Origin: Octopus bimaculoides
Taxonomy: Eukaryota
Direction of reading: 5' to 3'
Length of the DNA: 53,235 nucleotides
Assembly (NCBI RefSeq): GCF_001194135.2
Contig: NC_068983.1
Location: 37,285,289 to 37,338,523, forward strand
Shown here: positions 36,111 through 48,861 of the stretch, piece by piece
How positions within the stretch are numbered: position 1 is the first letter of the stretch
How the letters are laid out: the number at the start of each line of letters is the position of its first letter
Program-made: the position numbers and the translations under genes
Notes under the pieces: generated by a model
Seen by the model: only the letters and a program-made list of their open reading frames with translations
Told to the model about the DNA's origin: nothing
Database searches by the model: none

Positions 36111-36246
36111 AGACACTGATACAGCCTGAGAAGTGAGTGTGTGTGTGTGTGTGTGTATGTGTTTGTGTGTGTATGTGTTTGTGTGTGTTTGTGTTTGTGT
36201 GTGTTTTTTTGAGTGTGTTTTTGCGTGTGGTTGTGTGTGTGTGTTT

Positions 36247-36278
<32 letters not shown>

Positions 36279-36444
36279 NNNNNNNNNNNNNNNNNNNNNN
36301 NNNNNNNNNNNNNNNNNNNNNNNNNNNNNNNNNNNNNNNNNNTTTGTGTGTGTGTGTGTGTGTGTGAGTGGTGGGTGTTAATTAACTTCTGTTATTTCAT
36401 GTTGGGCAAAGTAACATAAAGCAACTAATTGCTTATTCTTCTAT

Positions 36445-36473
36445 TCATCATCATCATCATCACCATCATCAAC

Positions 36474-36538
<65 letters not shown>

Positions 36539-36870
36539 TATTTAGCGTCCACTGTCCATGCTGGCATGGGTTGGATGGTTTGACTGGGCTGACACGCTGG
36601 AAGACTGCACCAGGTTCCAGCCTGATTTGGCATAGTTTTTCTATGGCTGGATTCACTTCCTAACATCAATCACTCAGAGAGTGTAATGAGTGCCTTTATG
36701 TGCCACCAGCACGAGTGCCATTTGCATGACACTGGGGTGCTTGTACGTGCCAATTTGTGTGACACTGGTATCTGCCACGGCTGTGATTTTGCTTGGCTTG
36801 ATGGGTCTTCTTCGCAAGCACAACATAATGCCAAAGGTCTTGGTCATTGCCTTGATCAGGGGATTTATTG
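36445..36870 (-). mobile_element. Family A repeat with long (GAT)n tail
   Basis: Family A motifs. Confidence 0.8.
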
Positions 36871-37917
36871 TTGTAGGCAGGGAGAAGGGGCTATATTAAT
36901 AATCTTTTCTACTGTAGGCGCAGGAGTTTAGTGTCTTTGCCAGGAACACAAAGCAACAATGGTGATGTGAGATAGGAACCTTCAGCTGGTCAGTCAGCAC
37001 ACCGTCAACTGCTAGACACCAAACAGATCAACAGCAGTAACATGATAATTAACTGTCATTAGCACTTCACTACATTGCTGTCTTGTGTCACGTACACACT
37101 AACTTTCAAGACACCTCTTGACACTGGTTTCATTCAACCAGTTACTGGTCAGTTTTTGCATAAAAAAGAAAGAAAAAAATCAAATATTTCTCTTTTGGCT
37201 TTTCAGCTCAAGATAAACTATCAAATTTCATTGGACACTGTCTGCTTGTATGTGTTTGAGGTGATCATTTTCAGCCAATCAAATCATTTCCTTTTGGTAA
37301 CAACATTTTCCTTGACACCCAGTTGGAGCCAAATATCACATATTCTTTTTTTTTACATGAAACCAGAGATTATCTCAGTGCAGTATAGTACTGTTTCTAT
37401 ATTGCATGACAAAATAGACATTCTTTCATACATCCTCTCTTACTCTCTCTCTCTCTTTCTGACACTCTCTCACTAAACTGTATAAAATGAATGTTCTTAC
37501 ATCATATAGATTACTTTGAAGACTGCAAAGATAACATGTATATTCAAATAGATAATGAGATTTTTTCATAAATCTGGTCGTCTTGGGCATGTGTCAATAC
37601 TGTTGAGTTGTGGTTAGGTTAAAAAAAAAGTAAGAATACAACACAAGTTCCATTACCAGTTGAATCATTCTGTTCTAATTGTTTTTGGTCCACAGTCCAC
37701 TGCAGGAAGAGGGGTGATCTCTGGTTAGGCTGATCTCCTCTCAACATGCTTTTTTAGATTAATACCAACCCTTTCGATACCATTCCCCTCATCATTTTCA
37801 TTGTCATTGTTGTTGTCATTGTCAGCAGCAGCGTTGTCATTGGCATTGTCTTCATTGTCATTGTCATCATTGGTCATCATCTCTGTCTATCTGTATGTCT
37901 GTCTGTCAGTCTCTGCC

Positions 37918-37985
<68 letters not shown>

Positions 37986-38334
37986 TGTTCTCATATCCAC
38001 TATATCATCATTACTATTCAGCTAATCTTCACCTCTTCATCATTGGCCCTCCCTCTTCCCTTTCTCCTCACACAACACTTGTCCTTCATTCATTATATTT
38101 GCTGCCTCACCCCATCTCTCACTCTCCTATACCCTCTTGTAGCCTCCACACTCACTCAGTTTCTTAGACTCCCACTCACTTCCACTCACTCATACTTTGA
38201 GGGTACACATAGACACCTCATCATCACTATTTTATCTCCTCCCCACCTCAGCCAACCATCTCCCATCCTCACTTCTAAAATCAGAATAACCATTTGGCTC
38301 CTTCTCTCATACTTTAACCCCTCATCTGTGAAGT

Positions 38335-38655
38335 CATGTGGCTTAATGGTCAGCGTGTTTGGCTCGCAATTGTAAGGTTGCATATTCAATTCCTGGTAGC
38401 ATGCTGTGTCCTTGAGCAAGACACTTTATTTCACTTTGCTCCAGTCCACTCAGCTGTCAAAAATGAGTAGAACCTGTATTTCAAAGGGCCAATTTTGTCA
38501 CGTTCTGTCGCATGCTGGATCTCCCTGAAAACTACGTTAAGGGTATGCATGTGTCTGTGGAATGCTCAGTTACTGACACATTAGTTTCACAAGCAGGCTG
38601 TTCCATTGATCAGATCAACTGGAACATTTATTGTCTAAACCAACAGAGTGCCAGG
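38335..38655 (+). mobile_element. tRNA-derived SINE sharing its 3' half with family G
   Basis: GTGTCCTTGAGCAAGACACTT central motif; CTACGTTAAGGGTA...GCAGGCTGTTCC...GATCAACTGGAAC shared with 34370-34465. Confidence 0.75.
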
Positions 38656-39954
38656 TTTTTAACCCTTCATCTAGTAAAAAGCCACCTCTCCTGAGGTTTC
38701 ACTCACAATTTCACTCACAAAGGCGTTGATTAGTTTGGGGCTATAGTAGAAGACACTTGCCCAAAGTGTTGCACAGTAGGACTGAACTCAAAACCAAGTG
38801 GTCGCAAAGCCAGGGTCTTACCCAAATAGCCGTGTGTGTACTCTTGGCAATGTGGACAGAAGCTTCAATTGTTAAAATCTTGAGCAGATTCTGAAAACAA
38901 TATAATATTGGTTTCAAGGAGGCAAGTCAATTATATCGACCCCCCCCCCNNNNNNNNNNNNNNNNNNNNNNNNNNNNNNNNNNNNNNNNNNNNNNNNNNN
39001 NNNNNNNNNNNNNNNNNNNNNNNNNNNNNNNNNNNNNNNNNNNNNNNNNNNNNNNNNNNNNNNNNNNNNNNNNNNNNNNNNNNNNNNNNNNNNNNNNNNN
39101 NNNNNNNNNNNNNNNNNNNNNNNNNNNNNNNNNNNNNNNNNNNNNNNNNNNNNNNNNNNNNNNNNNNNNNNNNNNNNNNNNNNNNNNNNNNNNNNNNNNN
39201 NNNNNNNNNNNNNNNNNNNNNNNNNNNNNNNNNNNNNNNNNNNNNNNNNNNNNNNNNNNNNNNNNNNNNNNNNNNNNNNNNNNNNNNNNNNNNNNNNNNN
39301 NNNNNNNNNNNNNNNNNNNNNNNNNNNNNNNNNNNNNNNNNNNNNNNNNNNNNNNNNNNNNNNNNNNNNNNNNNNNNNNNNNNNNNNNNNNNNNNNNNNN
39401 NNNNNNNNNNNNNNNNNNNNNNNNNNNNNNNNNNNNNNNNNNNNNNNNNNNNNNNNNNNNNNNNNNNNNNCATAAAAATTCATTTATTTGTTAAATTGAT
39501 AGCTTTTTTTTTTTTTATTATATCAATTTTTTTTTTATCCATTTCTATCGTCTAGATTACCAATTTCCAATAATTAAACAATTCAGTCATATTTATTGAT
39601 TTAAATTGCTTTTTATGAAAATTTTTCAATACAAAAATAAAGAAAATTTTATTAATTTCAAGATATGAGATAAATGGTAAACTGTATCTCAAAACATTTT
39701 TTTACTAAAATTAGAATAATGTCCAAATTAATTAATAGAAACTTATTACACAGTGTAGTTACTTTATTGGTTTCTATACATTAGGCAAAAAAAAAAAAAA
39801 AGGTTAATTTCTTTCTTTGTAGCTCAAAGAATTGACTGAATTATCTCCTGACTATAACTGGTATCTATTTTATGAAATATTCATCATCATCATTGTCACC
39901 ATCATCATTGCTGCTACTGCCACCAACACCACCACCACCACCATCATCATCACC

Positions 39955-40400
39955 ATTTTCCTAGTTTGCATAAGTTGGATGGAATTTGTTGAGGTGGATT
40001 TTCTATGGCTGGATGCCCTTCCTGTCACCAACCCTCATCTGTTTCTAAGTAAGGTAATATTTTCCCATGACCAGACATGTTTTCATGGAAGATTGGAAAC
40101 AACGGACACTACTGATGTGGCAGTGACACTTGTTCATAACTATAATGAAATATCAAAACAAAGCGACAATAGCACATACACACACATGCACACACACACA
40201 CACATGCACACACACACACACACACATGCACACACACACACACACACATGTACGATGGGTTTCTTTCAATTTCCATCCACTCACAAGGCTTTGGTCAGCC
40301 CGAGGCTATAGTAGAAGACACTTACCCAAGGTACCACGCAGTGGGACTGAACCCAGAACCATGTGGTTGGGGAGCAAACTTCTTACCATAAAGCTGTGCC
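39955..40400 (-). mobile_element. Family B SINE, near full length
   Basis: Colinear with 490-950; extra head fragment at 40420-40545. Confidence 0.85.
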
Positions 40401-40769
40401 TATATCTTTACACGTGACAAGCTTCTTTCAGTTTCCTTCCATCATATCAGCTCATGAAACTTTTGTTGGCCTGGGGCTGTAGTAGAGGATACTTGTCCAA
40501 TGAGTCACGCAGTGGGACTGAACCTGGAACCATGTGATCGGGAAGTCTGCGCCTTATATTTAATGTGCACATTAAATGGAAGAAGCTGACTGCTGTAAAG
40601 TTTTAACATGGACGGTAATCTATTTTATCACTCTCTCTCAGGATCCACCCAGGCACCTCACTTGCACTATTTTTATTTCTTCGGCTCTACCCTGATCCCC
40701 TCGTCTAAAACTGTAGCTCTTTTAAGCCACCGTTTCCTGGCCTAAAGCTGTCCCCTCAGGGTTCATTGT

Positions 40770-40997
40770 CATGCAAGCTGCATGGTAATCTCACAAGTGC
40801 TGTTAGCATATAAGAAGCACCCAGTATATGGAGTAAACTAATTGGCATTTGGAAAGGCATTGAGTCATAGAAACCATACCAAAGCAGACACTGGAGCATC
40901 ATGCAGTTCTTGGACCCATCTGATCTTGTCACACCGTCCAACCCATACCATTCAGGGACATGGATGGGTGTTAAATGATGATGATGATGATGATTGT
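40770..40997 (+). mobile_element. Family A repeat (diverged)
   Basis: TTGGCATTTGGAAAGGCAT...CCAACCCATACCA...GTTAAATGATGATG. Confidence 0.65.
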
Positions 40998-41310
40998 GAT
41001 TATATTGGGTTTTGTAGATGCAGACATTTTTTTTAAAAAGTAATTTATTATTCACAGCCAGATGCTCTTCATAACATGTATATCGTAGCTATTTTCATCC
41101 AGATCAAATGAAGCTAGTAGATTGATGTGTCTAACTGAAGTTTCAAACATGCTAACAGGTTTATTAATGTACATGGAAACTCACTTAACTGGACTGTGCT
41201 GGTCTGCTTAACTTTATCAAAATTGATACATTATTATGTGAAAAAAGAAACAAAGCGAAACAAAACAGCACATTTGTCTATCAGGTCAGTTTGTATATGT
41301 TAATAACTCC

Positions 41311-41344
<34 letters not shown>

Positions 41345-41655
41345 TATTTATATAGCAAAAGAAAATCTATCATTTATCTATCCAATCACTTGTTCTGTGT
41401 GAGCACCATAGAATGGTGATAAGCNNNNNNNNNNNNNNNNNNNNNNNNNNNNNNNNNNNNNNNNNNNNNNNNNNNNNNNNNNNNNNNNNNNNNNNNNNNN
41501 NNNNNNNNNNNNNNNNNNNNNNNNNNNNNNNNNNNNNNNNNNNNNNNNNNNNNNNNNNNNNNNNNNNNNNNNNNNNNNNNNNNNNNNNNNNNNNNNNNNN
41601 NNNNNNNNNNNNNNNNNNNNNNNNNNNNNNNNNNNNNNNNNNNNNNNNNNNNNNN

Positions 41656-41734
<79 letters not shown>

Positions 41735-41910
41735 CTAAACGAATAAACATATGTAAATAATATTTCTTCCTTCTTGGTGTTGATTCTTTGATGTTTACTG
41801 GTGGTATTCCGACGTGAGAATTTTCAAGCGTTGCATCTACATGTTACATTCAGTAGTGGGCTACATCACATCGAACTGATATGGCACATCACATCTAGCC
41901 CGCTACAATT

Positions 41911-41928
41911 ATCACGTCAGGGTCACCA
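41911..41928 (-). promoter_or_regulatory. Primer-binding site complementary to tRNA-Trp
   Basis: Minus TGGTGACCCTGACGTGAT matches 17 of 18 nt of the canonical tRNA-Trp PBS TGGTGACCCCGACGTGAT; 2 nt after the LTR end. Confidence 0.88.
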
Positions 41929-41930
41929 AA

Positions 41931-42372
41931 TGTAGTGGAAAAGGTGTAGCAAAAGATGTTGTGAGAGAGAGAAATAGCCAGAGGCAAGACGGCCAGCAAA
42001 GTAACTTAGCCAGTTAAGTAGGCAACACAGATCCAGACATTCAACATGAACGACCCAACACAGAAGCAGTCACAGAACATAAACAGACACCACCAAATGA
42101 CCAATGCACAGACAGACACAAAACATGTCCGGTTCTACCTCATCATATTGACACAGTATTTACCCTTTTAATTTCTTCTTGGCCAGCTTGAAGTAAAGTT
42201 GGTAATGAACTGTAGTGAGATTTTTGGTGTATACAACAAGTAAATGCAAGTGTCGTTTAAATAAATTATTTAAACTACACTCCAATGTTTTTCCATTGTT
42301 TTACTTTGACGTCGTCCACATACCTATTTCATCTGTTACCTCAACATCTTTTGCTACACCTTTACTGCTACA
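41931..42372 (-). mobile_element. 5' LTR (442 bp) of a Ty3/gypsy-like LTR retrotransposon
   Basis: TGTAG...CTACA termini, 31-nt imperfect terminal inverted repeat with a perfect 22-nt core, followed by TT and the PBS. Confidence 0.82.
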
Positions 42373-42830
42373 GAAGCATAATATGTCCTATTATGGTGCC
42401 CTTTACCAGAAAATTCATCATCACTACATCGTGCTGGTCCCAAAATACTGTGAGCATCACCTTGCCTGCTGAGGGTTGGACACAAGTCTTCTCTGAAGGT
42501 GGTGAGTTATCATACTTCCATTGCTTTGACTGGACTTTAGTCTCAGGATCGTAGTGATGGACCCATGTTTCATCCTGTGGGATAAGTCTGCCAAAAAAGT
42601 CCTTGTTTTCTGGGGACAACTGACTTGTTCCTGCTTCTGAAAAGGTGTGAGTATCTGGAGAGTCCATCATGCAGACAACTTCTCCATGTGCAAACGGTCG
42701 TGAATGATTTTTTTCAACAGACCCTACACTTATCTTCACTTGTTGGACTAATTGCCGAATAGTTATACGGTGATCCGCCAACTGTCATCAAAAGACAGAT
42801 ACAACAGTGGTAAAAGACTGCTTTATAACA
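42373..42830 (-). mobile_element. Mariner transposase remnant, cut at its 3' side by the LTR
   Basis: ADHRITIRQL...QDETWVHHYDPETKVQSKQWK...PSAGKVMLTVFWD...KGT/YYAS, first D of the DD34D triad present. Confidence 0.92.
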
Positions 42831-42984
42831 ATGGCAACAAGGAAAAACAAATTTATGCAGAGTGAAAAAAAAACAACATTCACATGGAGAGTTTAAACTA
42901 ATTCACATGGAAAATTAAATACCTCAACAAAAAAGAAACAAAAATCTTGTTGGGCAAACTTACAAAAATCGTAAAATATGGAAG

Positions 42985-43344
42985 ACTTGTTAGCTGGTGG
43001 CATGCAATAAGCACCATTCATGCATGGATCATTGCCAGTGCCACCCGACTGGCTCTCCATGCCGGTGGCATGTAGAAAGCAACATCCAAACGTGGTCGAT
43101 GCCCCCCCCCCACCGGCTGGCTCCATGGCCGATGCCAGTGCTGCCTGACTGGCTCTTGTGCCAGTGGAACTTAAAAAGCACCCACTACACTCTTGGAGTG
43201 GTTGGCGTTAGGAAGGGCATCCAGCTGTAGACACCTTGCCAGATCAGATTGGAGCCTGGTGCAGCCAGCAGTCCTCAGTCAAACCGTCCAACCCATGCCA
43301 GCATGGAAAGCAGACGTTAAATGATGATGTTGATGATGATGATG
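42985..43344 (+). mobile_element. Family A repeat
   Basis: Well-preserved motifs and (GAT)n tail. Confidence 0.85.
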
Positions 43345-43558
43345 AAGGTTGTTTGTCATGGCCAGTCAGAGAGTGATCATTGGTTTTGCACCTATAAAGC
43401 ATTCAGCTGTATAGGTGACTTGTCAAACTCGAATTACTGGAGGCATATAACCATAATATATATGATGGGCTTCTTTCAGTTTCCATTTATCAAATCCACT
43501 CACAAGGCCTTGGTCAGCCCAAAGTGATAAAAGAAGACACTTGTCCAAGGTAATATGC

Positions 43559-43937
43559 CAGTGGTTCCTAAACTTTTTCTGGCTGCTGCCTCTGGACACC
43601 CAGGCTACATTCCTAGCGCCCACACCTTAACTAACCATCACAAACATAGATCTCTTCCTGAAACAAATTCAAAGCAGCTGTATTTCACAAATAGAACTTA
43701 ACCTAATGAAATCATTATTTTGTTGTTTTTACATGAGTCGCTACCCCATTATTATCCCACTTTTTACATGAATTGTTTCCCCATTATCGCTTCACTTCTT
43801 ACATAAATCACTACACCATTATCAACTACTTTTTACATGAATCACTACCCCATTATCACCCCATGTTTTACATGAATTGCTACCCCATTATTGTCCCACT
43901 TTTTACATGAATCACTACTTTTACATGAATCACTACT
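43559..43937. mobile_element. Partial reverse copy of the 13638-13945 hAT MITE with an expanded ~38-bp minisatellite
   Basis: Starts CAGTGGTTCCTAAAC; TTTTACATGAATCACTACCCCATTATC units about 6 times at 43725-43937. Confidence 0.8.
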
Positions 43938-43959
43938 AGGGAGGGCACAAGGTCAGAAG

Positions 43960-44112
43960 CACTAGCGTAGCTAGGGGCAGGCGGTAGGGGTGGTCTGCCC
44001 CAGCTGACACTTTTCATCCTGTACTAGGCAATACGTTTTTTTTTTTGTGAGGGTCCAGGAGTGGCAAATAGAAGGGTCGCCCCAGGCAACACACACTCTA
44101 GCTACGCTAGTG
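43960..44112. mobile_element. hAT-like MITE, 153 bp
   Basis: Perfect 15-bp TIR CACTAGCGTAGCTAG/CTAGCTACGCTAGTG; TSD GTCAGAAG/GTCAGAAA (7 of 8). Confidence 0.9.
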
Positions 44113-44239
44113 GTCAGAAAGGAATACAATTCCAGGAGAAAAGAGCGTAATAATATTATTTAGAAGGATGAACTTCTTTTATTGAGGAGGGTGGGGCATG
44201 TGCCCATCAGGCCCCCTCCCCATCCTTGGGTTCACCCCT

Positions 44240-44385
44240 GGGTACTTATTTTATCACCCCACCCCCAAAGGATGGAAGGCAAAGTTGATGTTGGTGGTTT
44301 TCGAATTCAGAATATAAAGACGGATTAAATGCTTAACAGCATTTTGTCCGGCATGCTAATGACTCTGCCAGCTTGCTGCCTTAGT
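44240..44385 (-). mobile_element. Family E SINE (partial)
   Basis: Family E motifs. Confidence 0.75.
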
Positions 44386-44489
44386 TTATTGTCAGAAATA
44401 TTAAGGTGATATGGTCATGGCTGGAATGCCTTTGATCATAAGGATTTTGAATTAGGACTGGCAACAACAATGAAGTCATTGTTGCAACA

Positions 44490-44935
44490 AGTACCTTACC
44501 ACAATCACCGCCAATATAACCACCAGCGTCACCTTCTTTACCATCACCACCACCACCATAAGATTCACCCTCATCATCATGATCATCATAGAAGCAGCAT
44601 CACCACCACTACTGCAACCCCTTACCACTACCACCACCACCATCACCATCAGTACAATATTCACCATCACCACCACCACCACCTCCTCCTTCATCACCAA
44701 CACCATCTCTGCTATTATCACCATTTCCACAGTCAGCAGCAACAACATAAAATAAAACACTGCCACTATCAACACCGCGACCACCATCTCCAAAACCACC
44801 AACGTCAACATCACTACTACGACTACTACTACTACCACCACTACTACTACCATGTCACCGTTGCCACCACCATCACTGCCAATACCACCATTATTATCGT
44901 CACCATCACCATTACCACCACTACAAACAACAACA
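44490..44935. repeat. (CAC/CAT/CTA)n low-complexity tract
   Basis: Direct observation. Confidence 0.85.
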
Positions 44936-45036
44936 GTCATTTAGACTTAGTGTTCTGACTACTAATATTGTCAACATTGCTTTCATACAGTTAGCTACGT
45001 TGTGTGATATAGTCTGTTTCCCACCTCTCTGTCGTG

Positions 45037-45067
<31 letters not shown>

Positions 45068-45784
45068 ATATAAAAGACAATATCTACTCTCGTTAGATGG
45101 AGTACTCTTTTTGTTGAACTTGGACACATAGACCTATTCATTTTATATATATAATATATATATATATATATGCACACACAGAGACATATATGCATATGTG
45201 TGTGTATCCGTATCTTTTCATTCTGGGTAGTCACTACATGTGTGTATGCATGTGTGTGTGTATATGTGTGTGTAAGACTAGATTCTCATTCTCACACGAA
45301 TAATACCCCTCCCTCACCCTTCTCCTCCATCCTCCCCCTCACTACCACCACTCCCAATAAAGCCGGTAAAAATAATCAATCAGTTTTATTTATTTCTTTA
45401 CTTTCTTCTTTCTGCTGCTATTCACTTAACACGTGACTGCCAACGTTGCCTTGATCAGTTCGTTACTTTGTTATTTTCCATGTCTCACTCACATCTGCTC
45501 TCCCTACTATAACACATACACTTACACGTGCTGAATAAGATAAACCTCCATCTTGATTTAACACAGAAGCAGCAAAGCATCAGTTTATACACCTGGCCGT
45601 ATAAACACCTACATTCTTCTACGTTCTGAGTTCAGATCCCATCGAAGTTGACTTTGCCGTTTATCCAGTATCATCTTAAAGTGTGAGCATACTGGGTAGC
45701 CGCCTAAGGGCCTTATGGGTCTAGGGTCTCGCACATCTAAGGGCCCAAATTCTGATCTATGTATTCTGTAGCTTGCTGTCAATC

Positions 45785-46000
45785 CTTTCTTCTATAGGCA
45801 CAAAGCCTGAAATTTTTGTCAGGAAGGGGCTAGTTGATTACATCTAACCCAAGTGCACAACTGGTACTTATTTCATCAACTCTGAAAGATGAAAGGTAAA
45901 GCTGACTTTGGCAGAATTTGAATTCAGAATATAAAGATGGATGAAATGCTTAACAGCACTTTGTACGGTAAGCTAACAATTCTGCCAGTTCACTACCTTA
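45785..46000 (-). mobile_element. Family E SINE
   Basis: Family E motifs. Confidence 0.8.
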
Positions 46001-46134
46001 TAGCTTACTGCTGTTACTTGGGCGTTGAGTGTGTCAATGTTTCTGGAATAAATTGTTGATTAGTTGCTGAAAGCTGCTTATAATAACTAGATTGTGCCCC
46101 AGGAAAATATCTAACCCTTTAGCATCTCAAGACA

Positions 46135-46455
46135 TAACAACATTACATCAAAACTACTTTACCTCAGCCAGTCCAGCTCTCTTTAATATTATAATATTAT
46201 ACCAAAATACGTCAAAACAGAAACAGATCTCATAAAATTCAAAAGTTCTCAGGACAAATTTCTCCATAAAATCCCGGACCAACTTCTTACACCCAGATAT
46301 GTCTCCAATAATAATAGCTCTTTGCTAGAGTTGGCCATGGTGTCCCATATATGACTGATGTGTGAATCACAATCTAAAAGACTTCACCAGGTGGTGCTAT
46401 TAAGTTAGACATGGCCTGGGCCTATACTGGCTGAAACCTATCTAAGTTATCAGGT
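46135..46455 (+). mobile_element. CR1-group LINE 3' end (degenerate)
   Basis: TLHQNYFTSASPALFNI/IPKYVKTETDLIKFKSSQDKFLHKIPDQ...NSSLLE resembles the CR1-group C-terminus; short 3' UTR ending CTAAGTTATC. Confidence 0.55.
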
Positions 46456-46459
46456 CAAA

Positions 46460-46647
46460 ATATTCTACCAGTTTTTTTTTTATGTTCAAACTGACCAGAT
46501 CCAGCCTCTCACACCTACCCTACATCATTCTAAAAATAAACAATCACATCATTGAACTCCCAAGGTTACAAAACAATGCATGATTAATTCAGAACAATAT
46601 AAATAAACAAACATTACATTTGACAGAATAATTTGAATGCGAAAGGG
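46460..46647. mobile_element. TTAA MITE (partial, reverse copy)
   Basis: Ends TTTGAATGCGAAAGGG-TTAA; similar to 13257-13631. Confidence 0.75.
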
Positions 46648-47059
46648 TTAAAAATGGTCTGTTATGCCATACTATCCATAAAAAGATGTTCATGCATGAG
46701 AATATACATGTAGAATGAGCAAGATGAACATAATATGACACAACATGCAAAAGGCTGGCTATCCAAAACAAAAAAAAAAACAGAGTATAGGGTCCAATGC
46801 ATTGATTTATCCAGAGCCCTATAATGTTGGTAAGACAGCCTAACATTTATCCTTCCATGTTGAAATACTAGGATCAACCGGAGTGGTGAGTTGTTAGAAG
46901 AAATGTTAGATTTAGACAAAATGTCTATTGTATGCATTTACAGTTCTGTACATTCTGATTTCAAATACTGTTCTCTAAGTTTAGATCTTAGTGATTATCA
47001 AGGGCTTGTACACGTGTATGTGTGTGTAACAGTTTTCAGTTCCAAATTCAAGTATAGCG

Positions 47060-47395
47060 TCATCATCACCATTATCATCATCTAATGTCCATTTTCCATA
47101 CTGGCAAGGTTAGGAGCTGCATCAAGTTCCATAATCTGTTTGGCATGGTTTCTATGGCTGGATGCTTCTCCTAATGCCAACCACTTTACAGAGTGTACTG
47201 GGTGCTTTTTACATGACATCAGCTCCAGTGCTTTTTAGTGGGACCATCATCAGTGCCTTTTACATGGCACTAGCATCAGTGCTTTTTACGTGGCACCACC
47301 ACCAGTACTTTTTGTGTGGCACCAGCACCAGTGCCTTTTACATGGTACCAGCACTGGTACTTTTTTACTTGGTACCTGCATTGGTGTGTTTTATC
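47060..47395 (-). mobile_element. Family A repeat (diverged)
   Basis: GGATGCTTCTCCTAATGCCAACCAC plus several GGCACCA subrepeats. Confidence 0.7.
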
Positions 47396-47659
47396 TGACA
47401 GCAACAGTAACAATGTCACCAAGTACCTTGCAAGATAAAACCCCTTCAACTGGTTTAAACAAAAATTTCCAACCAAGAGTGTCCCAATCCCTGGAGGTCA
47501 TTGTAGGAAGTTCTGGAGTCTCTTATCAGTCCTTCAACCTTTATGGTAATGAGGTCATCATCTCACTAAAATGTATCCAATAATTGAAACAAGATTAGTC
47601 ATTGACTTAGAGTTTTGAAGCTCCACATATTAAACATCAACTACTAGGTATAATCCTTG

Positions 47660-48045
47660 TTGCAATGTGGTGGCTTGTGTGCCTCAATGACTCTGAGAGC
47701 CATGCTACTGAAGCACCGAAGTTCCCAGTAGGGCCGCCAATGCTGGACAGGTCAAAGGATAGAAGCAAGACTAATATGGACTTCCTCTTCTCAGAGGTAA
47801 AAATGGGTTTGTGTAGGACCAACACCTCTACATAAAAAAAAACAAAGTCATTGACTATAATTCAAAACCATCAAGACCTGGAAGAAGAAGGCCTTTCTTT
47901 GGGAAAGACAAGATACTGTAGCAGAGCTGAAAAAGCAGGGATCCAACTGGAGAGAAGCAGAAAAGATAGCCCAGGGTTGAGAATAGAAGAGAGAAGTCAT
48001 TGATGGCCTTATACTTCATAGTAGCATAGGCCCTCTGAAATCCTG
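47660..48045 (+). mobile_element. Possible internally deleted RTE element (5' UTR-like segment joined to last ~50 codons)
   Basis: GGCTTGTGTGCCTCAATGACTCTGAGAGC...GGACAGGTCAAAGG...AGACTAA resembles RTE 5' UTRs (recall); about 47918-48015 reads VAELKKQGSNWREAEKIAQ...VIDGL. Confidence 0.5.
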
Positions 48046-48103
48046 AATTAGTATCCGGAATGCTGGAAGACTACTGGGAGTGAGGCATCCCTTAGCTTTT
48101 ATC

Positions 48104-48157
48104 AAAGCATGTCTCTTCAAACCCATGTCTCTTCAAACTCATGTCTCTTCAAACCCA
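48104..48157. repeat. 16-bp tandem repeat x3
   Basis: CATGTCTCTTCAAACY units. Confidence 0.9.
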
Positions 48158-48483
48158 GGCTGTGTCTGCTCCGATAATCAGTGGAGATTTGGTCAGTGAA
48201 TCCTCTGTGATGGTCGACAGGTGACAGCAAGATGAGCTGCTATAGATCATGATAGCCCAAAATGTGTATGCATGTGACTGGGGACTACTTGTGAACTTGT
48301 ATTCACACTGAAATTCAGAACATGAACTCTGCAACTCAACAGAGAATGACAACTCTGCTAGTGGTCAGCATTTATGAGGGACATGGTGAACTCGTTGGTT
48401 AGAGCTGGCTCAACCCACCCCAGGTGAATGTTCCCACTAGTGCTAGTAAGTAAGTTATACTCCATAGGGAACAAAGGGCTTAA

Positions 48484-48703
48484 CTCTTTAGCATTCAGAT
48501 TTTTTTATCAAATGTAAAGCTTATTTATTCATGTTGTTTTGAATTACTGATGCATTGTCTCATATCTTCAAGATTTCAATGTTGTATTTGTATATTTTTA
48601 GAATGATATTTTAGGATAGGTATGAAAGGCCAGATGTGGCCAGTTTTAACATAAAACAGATAGAATATTTGAGCCAGGTGTGGCTTGTTTGAATGCTAAA
48701 GAG
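48484..48703. mobile_element. Complete TTAA/piggyBac-like MITE, 220 bp
   Basis: Perfect 14-bp TIR CTCTTTAGCATTCA/TGAATGCTAAAGAG flanked by TTAA on both sides. Confidence 0.92.
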
Positions 48704-48798
48704 TTAAGTAAGCATTGAAAATGTTTTCACCAAACACTCTGGATATTTGGCCCCCTACTTTTTTTGTTTGTTTTTTTTTCTTTTTGTGTCGTACTCAC

Positions 48799-48861
48799 CT
48801 TAGTAACAGAGAATAGAAAGGAAGACCAACATTTTTGCAACATAAGTATCCTTTCTTTCAG
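48799..48861 (-). other. Candidate 63-nt exon (frame 0 open: LKERILMLQKCWSSFLFSVTK)
   Basis: ttttAG acceptor, AAG/GTGAGT donor, length divisible by 3; no homology recognised. Confidence 0.2.

Noticed and set aside
7846-41760. Long ORFs containing X runs (for example 16596-18074, 38908-39555)
   Set aside because: Open only because they cross N gaps
44470-44958. 162-aa His-rich ORF
   Set aside because: Cryptic CAC/CAT repeat, open on both strands, typical of low-complexity DNA
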